Of a stretch of DNA of 64,000 nt, positions 55,137 through 64,000 are shown piece by piece (position 1 is the stretch's first letter; each line of letters opens with the position of its first letter). The notes under the pieces were generated by a model. That model had not been told where the DNA came from, did not search any database, and worked only from the letters and a program-made list of their open reading frames with translations. Source of the DNA: a virus; the IMG/VR virus record IMGVR_UViG_3300024350_000006; one strand, given 5' to 3'. The position numbers and the translations under genes were made by a program.

Positions 55137-55593
55137 AATAAAAAACTGGACCAAGCAAGAGTATAGACGTATAAGATCACGGTCCCGTGTACCACTTTGC
55201 ATAGAAATAAACAAAAATACCTGGACTATAGGCAATTTTGTAATAAGACATCAAGGCACTCATATCTACCGTGTGGATACAACAGGGGTTAAAGTGCATA
55301 TTTTTTACAGTAGGGCCGCTGCAATTTTCTACTGTGCTCTGACTACACTAAATCAGTTTAGACTAGCTGATAAGATACTTTATGCAGATCAGGAAACTGC
55401 TAGACGCTACGAAGATACAGAATTTTATAGAGAAAAGCTAAACAATAGAACAACAAATCTAGATGATTTTAAAAAGCTGCTTTATACTACTAGATATCAC
55501 GAATCCAAGCTTTCACTAGCTAATGCTAAACGAGAACTGGAAGAAAGTTTGGAAAGTGCTAAATACATTAAAATCTGGGAAGACCTATTATGA
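55069..55593 (+). CDS. hypothetical protein
   Basis: 174 aa ORF. Confidence 0.65.
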   Translation: MTTTKSFTNNQLGQIIIDLALDKIKNWTKQEYRRIRSRSRVPLCIEINKNTWTIGNFVIRHQGTHIYRVDTTGVKVHIFYSRAAAIFYCALTTLNQFRLADKILYADQETARRYEDTEFYREKLNNRTTNLDDFKKLLYTTRYHESKLSLANAKRELEESLESAKYIKIWEDLL

Positions 55594-56261
55594 ACTTAAA
55601 AGAACTAACACCACAAAAAACCAAGAAATTAAACCGCGTGATGGAAAGCCGTTTCGGGTTTAAAATTGACTACGATAAACTAGACTACGCCAAGGCCCAG
55701 CGTCTCAAGCTAGCCCTGGACGAGGGCCTAGACCGCATACGTCGCAGTGCTGCTATACACAGCGCCGAACGTGATCCTCAGTATATGGAAATGCTTATGG
55801 TTCGTGAAGGACTTACAGAGTGGATCAAACAACAGGATGTGCTACTAGAAGGTGAACTAGAAAGTGCAGAAGCAGTATTAGCAGCCAAGGATATGGTTGA
55901 TAGTATTCAGGATATGATCACAGATGCTAGCAAGATGTTAAATGAGCAATTACCTCCCTTACTAGATACTATTAAGGATCAAATCGGTACAGCTCAGGCT
56001 GACGGCTTTAAGAACAAGGCACAGGAAGCATTAAACAATTTACTTACAGTTTTAAACTCTACAAGAGAGTCATTAGACAGTGGCGCTAGACAATTAGCTG
56101 GTGAGGAAGCTCCTATGAATGAACCACTGGGACCAAGTCCTGAGTCCAGCCCGGAGCCTGAAGTAAGTGACCTAGATCAAGAAGAAGAACCACAAGATGA
56201 TTTCGCAGCCAGCGCAGCAGCAGTGGGCGGTAACGAGCCTCTAGGTCGTGAGCGTAGATAA
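55590..56261 (+). CDS. hypothetical helical protein (scaffold-like)
   Basis: Acidic, helical, ends in LGRERR. Confidence 0.7.
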   Translation: MNLKELTPQKTKKLNRVMESRFGFKIDYDKLDYAKAQRLKLALDEGLDRIRRSAAIHSAERDPQYMEMLMVREGLTEWIKQQDVLLEGELESAEAVLAAKDMVDSIQDMITDASKMLNEQLPPLLDTIKDQIGTAQADGFKNKAQEALNNLLTVLNSTRESLDSGARQLAGEEAPMNEPLGPSPESSPEPEVSDLDQEEEPQDDFAASAAAVGGNEPLGRERR

Positions 56262-56749
56262 TGCGTCTTAAAGAGTTTGTCAGCGAGCAGGCGCCCTTGG
56301 CGCCTCCTGCACCCCCTCTTGATATGCAACCAATGGGTTTGGAACAGCCGGGTCAGGCCTCTCCAACGAGTCCAATGAGCAAAGCAGAACTCAAACATAA
56401 ACAACTTCACAAACAAGAGCTCGCTAAAAAAGATATGCCTGCTGTGGCAGCTCTAGCACAGATTCAGCAAAGAATTATAAAAAATAAAATGGAACCCAGA
56501 ATGGACATTGATGCCGTTCTGGATCAACTGGGCAATGCCCTACGCACTGATAGTTTTACTGCTGATGCGTTAAGGGATCTAAATGACAGAAATCCCGCTG
56601 TAAAAAATGTAGTCAAAAATATTGAACCAGACACGGTTACATTCAAAACCAATGATACTGACAATCTATCTAGTGCTAATATGCCAGATAATTCTCAGCA
56701 AACTGTCAGTGCAATGGCCAACAAAGCAGTAAAACGTAGACAAAAATAA
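56261..56749 (+). CDS. hypothetical protein
   Basis: MRLKEFVSE N-terminus. Confidence 0.7.
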   Translation: MRLKEFVSEQAPLAPPAPPLDMQPMGLEQPGQASPTSPMSKAELKHKQLHKQELAKKDMPAVAALAQIQQRIIKNKMEPRMDIDAVLDQLGNALRTDSFTADALRDLNDRNPAVKNVVKNIEPDTVTFKTNDTDNLSSANMPDNSQQTVSAMANKAVKRRQK

Positions 56750-56848
56750 AAACACTCTTTTTACTTTACAATAGGCCCAAAATAGTATAGACTAGGCCAA
56801 AGTTTCAGCGACTCATTTTTACATTAAATATAGATATAGGAGACAAGA

Positions 56849-57235
56849 ATGGCATATTCGGATCAGGTAGTAGATCATTACGAAAATCCAAGAAATGTAG
56901 GTAAATTAGATAAAAATGACCCAGCAGTGGGAACTGGTCTAGTAGGCGCACCTGCCTGTGGAGATGTTTTACAATTGCAAATTAAGGTAGAAGATGACAT
57001 TATTACAGATGCCAAATTTAAGACTTATGGTTGCGGTTCAGCGATCGCATCTTCGTCGCTTGTCACTACGTGGCTTAAAGGAAAGAGTATTAACGAGGCG
57101 GCAGCGATTAAGAATACCGATATTGCGGAAGAACTCGCGTTACCTCCAGTCAAAATCCACTGTTCCATATTGGCGGAAGATGCAATTAAAGCGGCCCTAG
57201 CAGACTATAAAAGTAAACATTTAGCAGATCAATGA
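56849..57235 (+). CDS. iscU: Fe-S cluster scaffold IscU
   Basis: HYENPRNVG, APACGD, GCGSAIASSS, LPPVKIHCS. Confidence 0.97.
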   Translation: MAYSDQVVDHYENPRNVGKLDKNDPAVGTGLVGAPACGDVLQLQIKVEDDIITDAKFKTYGCGSAIASSSLVTTWLKGKSINEAAAIKNTDIAEELALPPVKIHCSILAEDAIKAALADYKSKHLADQ

Positions 57236-58959
57236 TAAAAGTTTTATTTTATCATAAAGTAGCAGTATTTGCAGCTTCTTTTGATTTTGATTATTTCAGA
57301 GACGGTATACAGACTGTTTATCCATCTCTAGCCAGTGTATATCTTAAAACGCACTTGGAACTTAACAATCCAGATTTAGCTAATAAGGTAGAATGGTTAT
57401 TGCCTATACAGTTTGAAAAAAACAATCAAGAACTAATAGACATAATAAACAAAGAAAAACCTGATCTATTTTGCACAGGCCATTATATTTGGAATCACGA
57501 TAGTATTATGGAACAATTAGAGGCTATTAAGCCTCATATTCCTTCACAAACTAAAATAGTTGTGGGGGGACCGCATATAGATGTTGCACAAAATCCAGAT
57601 TTTTTTACAAAATATCCTTTTGTTGACTATGCTATCTATGCTTCCGGCGAAAATGCTTTTGCTGACTTAGTTAATAGTATTGTAAACGATAAAAAATTAA
57701 TAGCATTTAATGTTTCTAATCTTGCGTGGTTTGATAAGGAAAAAAATAAACAGATAGTCGCAGAATGGAAATATGTTCCACAGAATAAAACAAGTCCCTA
57801 TTTGTATAATCGAGATTATTTTTCTAGAATAATAAAAGATATTTTCCAACAGGGTTACGAAGTAAGTATGCCCTACGAACTCACACGAGGCTGCCCCTAC
57901 GCTTGTACTTTTTGTGACTGGAACTCAGGGTTTACTAACAAAACTACTAGACGCAAAGGCAGCTATCAGGATGAAATAGATTTATTCCAGGAACTAGGAA
58001 TCAAAAATATATTATTATCAGATGCCAACGTGGGACAATACGAGGAAGATATAGATCTAGTAAAATATATTCTTGAAAAAAATACCAAGGAAAATGCAGG
58101 TTTCAAAGTAGACGGCAATTTTGCTAAACTTAAAAAAGACAATGTGTTAAAGATGTTTCATATTATTGCTAGAATTAACACAAACAATTTTACTGAATCT
58201 ACTGGACTTGGTTTTATGTTAGCAGTTCAGGATATCAATAAAGAGGTGCTTAAAAACATCGATAGACCTGATGTAGGCTGGGACGATCATTTAAAGATGG
58301 CCTACGAACTGCGAGAGTCATATCCCCAAATACAAACCAAGGTACAAGTAATTCAAGGCCTACCGGGACAAACTAAAGAAAGCTGGAGAGCTACACTTGC
58401 AGAAATAGCTAGACATAATATTGTACTTCAGCCCTTTTTACATTCTTTGTTACCTAGCAGTCCAGCCTATATGAATCCTGAATATGCTGCTAAATGGAAA
58501 CCTACCTATAGCGATAGTATAAGATACAGTGCAGACCATAAGTACTTCCGTGGCACATTTATGTCCTCTTGTGTATCTTTTTCTGAATCAGATATGGTAG
58601 AAATGTCGGTTATTACACAATTTTATGTTACACTTACTACCTTCAAGTTTTTATATCAATATTTAAATTTTGATTTTGAAAAAATTGTTACAGCTTTTAC
58701 TAAAACCAAATATTATCACGGGTTAAGAGAAAACCTATATACTAATTGGAAAGAAAAAGACAGTTATTACTACACTGTAGATTTAGATTTAAATAATAAA
58801 ATATATTCGGCTTGTGAATATGGTTATGCTGCCAGTCACTGGGCGTTTGCAGATAGCATTACTAAACTAGTTTTGGAAAATGTTGACAAAACACAAAGAA
58901 CAAACTTTTTTAAAAACGGTAGAAAAAGTAGAATTATTAAAATTCCGGAGTATGCATAA
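57232..58959 (+). CDS. B12-binding-type radical SAM protein
   Basis: GGP, GE, TRGCPYACTFCDW. Confidence 0.9.
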   Translation: MIKVLFYHKVAVFAASFDFDYFRDGIQTVYPSLASVYLKTHLELNNPDLANKVEWLLPIQFEKNNQELIDIINKEKPDLFCTGHYIWNHDSIMEQLEAIKPHIPSQTKIVVGGPHIDVAQNPDFFTKYPFVDYAIYASGENAFADLVNSIVNDKKLIAFNVSNLAWFDKEKNKQIVAEWKYVPQNKTSPYLYNRDYFSRIIKDIFQQGYEVSMPYELTRGCPYACTFCDWNSGFTNKTTRRKGSYQDEIDLFQELGIKNILLSDANVGQYEEDIDLVKYILEKNTKENAGFKVDGNFAKLKKDNVLKMFHIIARINTNNFTESTGLGFMLAVQDINKEVLKNIDRPDVGWDDHLKMAYELRESYPQIQTKVQVIQGLPGQTKESWRATLAEIARHNIVLQPFLHSLLPSSPAYMNPEYAAKWKPTYSDSIRYSADHKYFRGTFMSSCVSFSESDMVEMSVITQFYVTLTTFKFLYQYLNFDFEKIVTAFTKTKYYHGLRENLYTNWKEKDSYYYTVDLDLNNKIYSACEYGYAASHWAFADSITKLVLENVDKTQRTNFFKNGRKSRIIKIPEYA

Positions 58960-59285
58960 TGGTTACACTTACAGATACAGCAGCAAAAAAAGTAAAACAG
59001 CAAATAGAAAAACGTGGTCGCGGTCAGGGAATTATGATTGGTGTAAGGACCACGGGCTGTTCCGGACTAGCCTATAAACTTGAATATGTTGATAATGTTC
59101 CTGATTCAAATGAATGGACAACCTACGATTCTAATGGTGTAAAAGTCTGGATTAGCGGCAAAGATTTGCCTTACATCAATGGACTTACAATGGATTACCG
59201 ACGCCAAGGCCTTAATGAAGGTTTTGAGTTTGTTAATCCCAACGAACGTGATCGCTGCGGTTGCGGAGAAAGTTTCAGAGTTTAA
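58959..59285 (+). CDS. iscA: A-type Fe-S carrier IscA
   Basis: TTGCSGLAY, NPN...CGCGESF. Confidence 0.95.
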   Translation: MVTLTDTAAKKVKQQIEKRGRGQGIMIGVRTTGCSGLAYKLEYVDNVPDSNEWTTYDSNGVKVWISGKDLPYINGLTMDYRRQGLNEGFEFVNPNERDRCGCGESFRV

Positions 59286-59996
59286 ATGATTACTCAACGA
59301 TACGACTATAAAACTCTTACTAGACGATTTGAGGACGGCAAGCGACACTATTGCTTGCCTGACGGCAAGGCTGTCCCCAGTGTCACTACTATTCTCGCTG
59401 CTACTACACCAGCAGAAAAAAAGCAAGTCCTGGCTGACTGGAAAGCGCGAGTAGGTGAGAAACAAGCACAGGCTATTACCACCGAAGCAGCCAGCCGTGG
59501 CACTCGTATGCACACCTATCTAGAACGTTATATACGTGATGACGATCTCGGAGAATTACCTACTAATCCCTTTGCCCAGCCCAGCTGGTTTATGGCTGCT
59601 GAAGTAATTCTTCAAGGACTAGGTAATGTTACTGAATACTGGGGTAGCGAAGTGCCAGTGTATTACAGTGGACTCTATGCCGGCACCACAGACTGTATTG
59701 GACTGTGGAAAGGTAAGCCTGCTATTATGGACTTTAAACAAACTAATAAACCCAAGAAGCGAGAATGGATAGATGATTATTTTATTCAGCTAGTCGCCTA
59801 CGCAGAGGCACACAATAATACTCACGGCACTGATATAAAGTCTGGGGTTATATTGATGTGTGCTCGCCCTGAGCAATTACCTGATGGCAGTTATGCTACT
59901 CCACAGTATCAGGAGTTTGAACTGACCCCGGCTGATTATGCTTACTGGCAAGATCAGTGGCTACGTAGAGTAGAACTTTACTACCTAACTGCCTAA
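59286..59996 (+). CDS. PD-(D/E)xK exonuclease
   Basis: PSVTTIL, RGTRMH, YAGTTD, DFK, QLVAY. Confidence 0.88.
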   Translation: MITQRYDYKTLTRRFEDGKRHYCLPDGKAVPSVTTILAATTPAEKKQVLADWKARVGEKQAQAITTEAASRGTRMHTYLERYIRDDDLGELPTNPFAQPSWFMAAEVILQGLGNVTEYWGSEVPVYYSGLYAGTTDCIGLWKGKPAIMDFKQTNKPKKREWIDDYFIQLVAYAEAHNNTHGTDIKSGVILMCARPEQLPDGSYATPQYQEFELTPADYAYWQDQWLRRVELYYLTA

Positions 59997-60024
59997 CTGC
60001 TAAATACGAAATAGGAGCAGGTAT

Positions 60025-60729
60025 ATGGCAATTGTACAAATTTCTCAAATAAAACATCGTAGAGGCACAGGAAGCCCACCACAACTAGCCAGTGCTGAGC
60101 TAGGTTTCAGTGTAGATACACAAAGATTATATATAGGTAATGGCACCCTTGCAGAAGGTGCTCCAGTAATTGGAGTTACAGAAATTGTCACAGAGGCAAG
60201 TTTTGCCACTTTCATTGCAGAAAGTCTTTCTGGTGTTTATGAAGTTATAAAATTAACTATTCCTCCAAATAAGTACAAAAATCTTCCTTCTAGCAACACT
60301 GATCCTGCTACTCTAGAAACTATACCTTTCGTTTTATATCCTTTGACTGAAGCTGAGCCCACTACCTACATAAGATATCAATTAAGAACAACAGGTGGTT
60401 ACAGCAGGTCAGGAGTGGCTACCATAAGTTATAAAGAAAATGCTAGATCAGGTACAAATGATGCTAATCTAGATGATTATGATAGTAGTATCAATGATGA
60501 CTACATTTCCAATGGTGAACCGTCTCCATCAAGTAGCCTTTTGAACTTTAATGTTGATGTTAGAACGTTTGATGATGGTATAGAATATGCTACTATTAGA
60601 TTTGAAAATAGAAGCAGTGAAGATGTTGAATTGTACTATTATATGAATAGTATGTTTTACACGCCAGATAATTTACTTAAAACACCTGGTAATGAATCTG
60701 GCACAGGCTACGAAGCTCAATCTTTATAA
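60025..60729 (+). CDS. putative virion protein
   Basis: MAIVQISQIKHRRG...ELGF..D..RLYIG fibre/neck-type N-terminus; CTAAATA upstream. Confidence 0.65.
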   Translation: MAIVQISQIKHRRGTGSPPQLASAELGFSVDTQRLYIGNGTLAEGAPVIGVTEIVTEASFATFIAESLSGVYEVIKLTIPPNKYKNLPSSNTDPATLETIPFVLYPLTEAEPTTYIRYQLRTTGGYSRSGVATISYKENARSGTNDANLDDYDSSINDDYISNGEPSPSSSLLNFNVDVRTFDDGIEYATIRFENRSSEDVELYYYMNSMFYTPDNLLKTPGNESGTGYEAQSL

Positions 60730-60751
60730 TTATTAAAAAACTCCTTACTCG

Positions 60752-61204
60752 ATGTGGAATTTGAAGCCCGACGAGAGACTTCGCTTTTGGCAAAGTTTCA
60801 GATCTAGAATATCAAGTTTAGACAAGGAACAGGCCATCAAGGAAATCTCTCACCTTTGGAGTTATTGTCCTTTTGTTAAGTACTACCTTACCACAGATAA
60901 TGTCAAAAATTGGCCTGATCCCTGGGAATTAATTTATGATAATGAGTACTGTAATCTTGCAATAGCTCTAGGAATAGTGTATACTTATTACCTAAGCGAC
61001 CACGGCCAGAACAGTATGATAGATATCAGAATTTTTAAAAATAGATCTAGCGGAGAGCAATTTAACACCGTGTTCATTGATGATGGAAAATATGTGCTTA
61101 ATTTAGTTCACGACACTGTAGTAAATAAAAAACACATCGAATCAGACCTACAGCTTGTCAGAACTATCGACTCTGCCGAGCTAGAGCTTAAACATATAAT
61201 ATAA
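60752..61204 (+). CDS. hypothetical phage protein
   Basis: WPDPWELI motif. Confidence 0.7.
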   Translation: MWNLKPDERLRFWQSFRSRISSLDKEQAIKEISHLWSYCPFVKYYLTTDNVKNWPDPWELIYDNEYCNLAIALGIVYTYYLSDHGQNSMIDIRIFKNRSSGEQFNTVFIDDGKYVLNLVHDTVVNKKHIESDLQLVRTIDSAELELKHII

Positions 61205-61223
61205 TAAAAACTGGACTCAAATT

Positions 61224-63542
61224 ATGCAAATTCAAGTAACAAAAAGAGATGGAACTAAAGAACCCCTAATGTTAGAAAAATGGCAGACACAGATTGCCAA
61301 GGTCTGTAGTGGCACTGCTGATGTCAGCCAATCAATGATCGAAATTACAGCACAGCCTCATTTTTACGACGGCATCACTACACGTGAGATAGATGAAATT
61401 ACTCTACGTGCCATAGTAAATCTTATTGATGTAGAAAATAATCCTGACCTAGGTCACGTAAACTATCAATACGTGGCGGGTAAACAGCGCCTTAGTATGT
61501 TGCGCAAGGATGTCTATGGCCAATATACTGTGCCCAGGCTATACGAAATTATAAAAAAGAATGTAGCAGTGGGACTTTATACTCCTGAACTTCTTGAGTG
61601 GTACACTGAAGAAGAATGGAACAAGATGGACGAGTTTATCGACCATAACAAAGACGAGCAATACAGTTATGCTGCCATTGAACAGCTAATAGAAAAATAT
61701 CTGGTGCGTAATCGCAGCACCAAGGAAATTTACGAAACGCCACAGGTTAGATATATGGTGGCAGCCGCCACGGTCTTTCATAAAGAAGAACCGCAGACTG
61801 CTCGTATGCGTTACATTAAGGAATATTATAATGCTGCTAGTGATGGTCTTTTTACTCTTGCTACTCCTGTCCTTGCTGGTCTTGGCACTCCGACTAAACA
61901 ATTTTCTAGTTGCGTTCTTATTAGGTCTGATGATGATTTGGACAGTATATTCGCTAGCGGCGAGATGATGGCCAAGTATGCCAGCAAACGTGCAGGCATC
62001 GGCTTGGAGATAGGACGTCTACGTCCACTAGGTAGTCCCATACGTGGTGGCGAAATTATGCATACAGGAATGATTCCATTCCTTAAAAAGTGGTTCGGTG
62101 ATCTACGTAGTTGCTCACAGGGAGGTATTCGTAATGCTAGTGCTACTGTTTTCTATCCTATTTGGCATCATCAGTTTGATGATCTTATTGTGCTTAAAAA
62201 TAATCAGGGTACAGATGAGACAAGGGTCCGTCATATGGACTATGGAGTGGTTCTCAGTGCGTTCTTCTGGCGCAGATTTAAAAACAGAGAAAACATTACC
62301 TTCTTTGACCCCAACGAAGTTCCCGATCTCTACGAAGCCTTCTACCGGAATACACCACTGTTTGAAGAACTATATGTAAAATATGAACAAAGAAAAGATC
62401 TACGTAAAAAAGTAATGAGTGCGGAGGAAGTTTTCCGTGGTGGTATTTTAAAAGAGCGCACTGACACAGGACGTATCTATCTAGTGTTCATTGACAACGT
62501 AATGAACCAAGGACCTTTTGATCCTGAATATCATACAATTTATCAGAGTAACCTTTGCTGTGAAATTCTATTGCCAACCAAACCCTTTAAACGTCTGGAT
62601 GACGTAGAGGGAAGAATTGCACTTTGTACTCTTGGTAGTATTAACTGGGGAGCCTTCCGTCATCCCGAGGATATGCGTCGTGCTTGCCGTATTCTACAAC
62701 GCAGCCTGTGTAATATATTAGATTACCAAGACTTTTTAAGCATACAAAGTAAACTAAGCAATGACGAAATACAACCACTGGGAATCGGGGTAACTAATCT
62801 TGGTTTTTGGCACGCCAAACGTGGACACAAGTATGGCGAGAAAGATGCTCTAGCTGAAGTCAAGAGTTGGATGGAGCATCAGGCTTACTATCTAACAGAA
62901 GCTACAGTGGAACTGGCCAAGGAACGAGGTAAGTGTCTAGACAGTGACCGCACAAGATATGGGCAAGGAAATTTTCCCTGGGAATTTCGTGCAGCTGGAG
63001 TCAACGAGTTAGCTGACTTTACGCCTGAACTAGATTGGGAACCTTTACGCGAGGAGATGAAACAGTATGGTGTACGAAATGCTACTCTTATGGCTATCGC
63101 TCCAGTTGAGTCTAGTAGTGTTGTTATTAATAGTACAAATGGCATTGAAATGCCTATGAGTTTAATCAGCACGAAAGAGTCCAAGGCAGGTAGTTTTACA
63201 CAGGTTGTTCCTGATTATCATAAGTTAAAATCAAAATATCAACTTATGTGGGAACAGCAAGATTGTGTGGGTTATCTTAAAACTGCGGCAGTACTTCAGG
63301 CTTATGTGGATCAAAGTATTAGCACTAATACTTTTTATAATCCTGCAAATTACCCGGATAGAAAAGTACCTACTACGTTAATTGCAAAAAATCTAATGTT
63401 AGCACATCACTGGGGTATCAAGACTTTCTACTACAGTTTGATTAACAAACAGGGAAGCAAAGTGGAAGAAACTCCACAACCTAGTTCCTTAGAAAATGTT
63501 AATTTTGATGAACTAGAAGATTGCGAAGCCTGTAAACTTTAA
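61224..63542 (+). CDS. nrdA: ribonucleotide reductase class Ia alpha subunit
   Basis: ATP-cone VTKRDG, FSSC, SNLCCEI, KTFYY, C-terminal CEAC. Confidence 0.96.
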   Translation: MQIQVTKRDGTKEPLMLEKWQTQIAKVCSGTADVSQSMIEITAQPHFYDGITTREIDEITLRAIVNLIDVENNPDLGHVNYQYVAGKQRLSMLRKDVYGQYTVPRLYEIIKKNVAVGLYTPELLEWYTEEEWNKMDEFIDHNKDEQYSYAAIEQLIEKYLVRNRSTKEIYETPQVRYMVAAATVFHKEEPQTARMRYIKEYYNAASDGLFTLATPVLAGLGTPTKQFSSCVLIRSDDDLDSIFASGEMMAKYASKRAGIGLEIGRLRPLGSPIRGGEIMHTGMIPFLKKWFGDLRSCSQGGIRNASATVFYPIWHHQFDDLIVLKNNQGTDETRVRHMDYGVVLSAFFWRRFKNRENITFFDPNEVPDLYEAFYRNTPLFEELYVKYEQRKDLRKKVMSAEEVFRGGILKERTDTGRIYLVFIDNVMNQGPFDPEYHTIYQSNLCCEILLPTKPFKRLDDVEGRIALCTLGSINWGAFRHPEDMRRACRILQRSLCNILDYQDFLSIQSKLSNDEIQPLGIGVTNLGFWHAKRGHKYGEKDALAEVKSWMEHQAYYLTEATVELAKERGKCLDSDRTRYGQGNFPWEFRAAGVNELADFTPELDWEPLREEMKQYGVRNATLMAIAPVESSSVVINSTNGIEMPMSLISTKESKAGSFTQVVPDYHKLKSKYQLMWEQQDCVGYLKTAAVLQAYVDQSISTNTFYNPANYPDRKVPTTLIAKNLMLAHHWGIKTFYYSLINKQGSKVEETPQPSSLENVNFDELEDCEACKL

Positions 63543-63543
63543 T

Positions 63544-64000
63544 ATGCCAACGTCAATCGGTTTTTTTGGTGACAGTTTTTGCTATAGTCACAGTCCCAAT
63601 AGTTACCTGGGTATGATAGTGGATAGGCTGGGTTTAAATCTTGTACATACAGGAAAAGCTGGATCTTCTATAGAAGATGCCATATTAATGCAGTTTAACA
63701 AATTTGCCAAGGTCAACAAGATTCCTGATATTTGCGTGTTTGTCTGGACAGACTCGCATAGACTTTATAATTACAAAGTAAGAAATCTTACATTGGGTTC
63801 ACTTGATAAAAATGATGATCCTGAAATAACACAGGCAGCAAAAACATATTATAGATGTTTATTTGATGATGAAGCTCATATACTAAGACATAATGCAACA
63901 GTTTATTATTTTAATCAGGTTTTGTTAAATAGATATCCTGACAAAAAAATAATAAATCTCTGGAGTTTTGGGGAAGTAAATGAAGCAAAAGATACAGAAA
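63544..64000 (+). CDS. hypothetical protein (3' truncated), SGNH-like GDS motif
   Basis: MPTSIGFFGDSF..., open to the window end. Confidence 0.6.
   Translation, partial: MPTSIGFFGDSFCYSHSPNSYLGMIVDRLGLNLVHTGKAGSSIEDAILMQFNKFAKVNKIPDICVFVWTDSHRLYNYKVRNLTLGSLDKNDDPEITQAAKTYYRCLFDDEAHILRHNATVYYFNQVLLNRYPDKKIINLWSFGEVNEAKDTE

Noticed and set aside
61224-63542. Intron or intein in nrdA, the helicases or uvsX
   Set aside because: The ORFs are continuous and of normal length, with no intein motifs.
1-64000. Genome-wide TAG reassignment suggested by the suppressor tRNA
   Set aside because: Conserved genes are full length in code 11, and I saw no gene here split by an in-frame TAG.

Overview
This is a 64 kb segment of a large, AT-rich, T4-superfamily-like bacteriophage genome, mostly coded on the + strand in the standard genetic code; the host is probably proteobacterial (inference). 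It carries replication and recombination genes (uvsX, uvsY, uvsW, primase, gp41/DnaB helicase, a clamp-loader-like subunit, a miniature DnaE, nrdA) and putative virion genes. Auxiliary metabolic genes include three radical SAM enzymes, IscU/IscA, TauD and other 2OG-Fe(II) oxygenases, a Rieske oxygenase, ACP, NadE and an RfbH/YerE-like sugar pathway. A ~24 kb RNA-rich island (7.7-32 kb) holds 30 tRNA genes covering all 20 amino acids, including an amber suppressor and a tRNA-Ile(UAU). It also holds a ~880 nt GOLLD-like RNA with an embedded pseudo-tRNA and a family of small RNA cassettes closed by a shared 16-21 bp stem. The most striking element lies at 9400-9618. A consensus sigma70 promoter drives a 40-codon leader ORF that contains all 20 amino acids and overlaps a mutually exclusive antiterminator/terminator pair upstream of most of the tRNA array. 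I interpret it as a candidate general tRNA-shortage-sensing attenuator. All calls were made by eye; no database searches were run.
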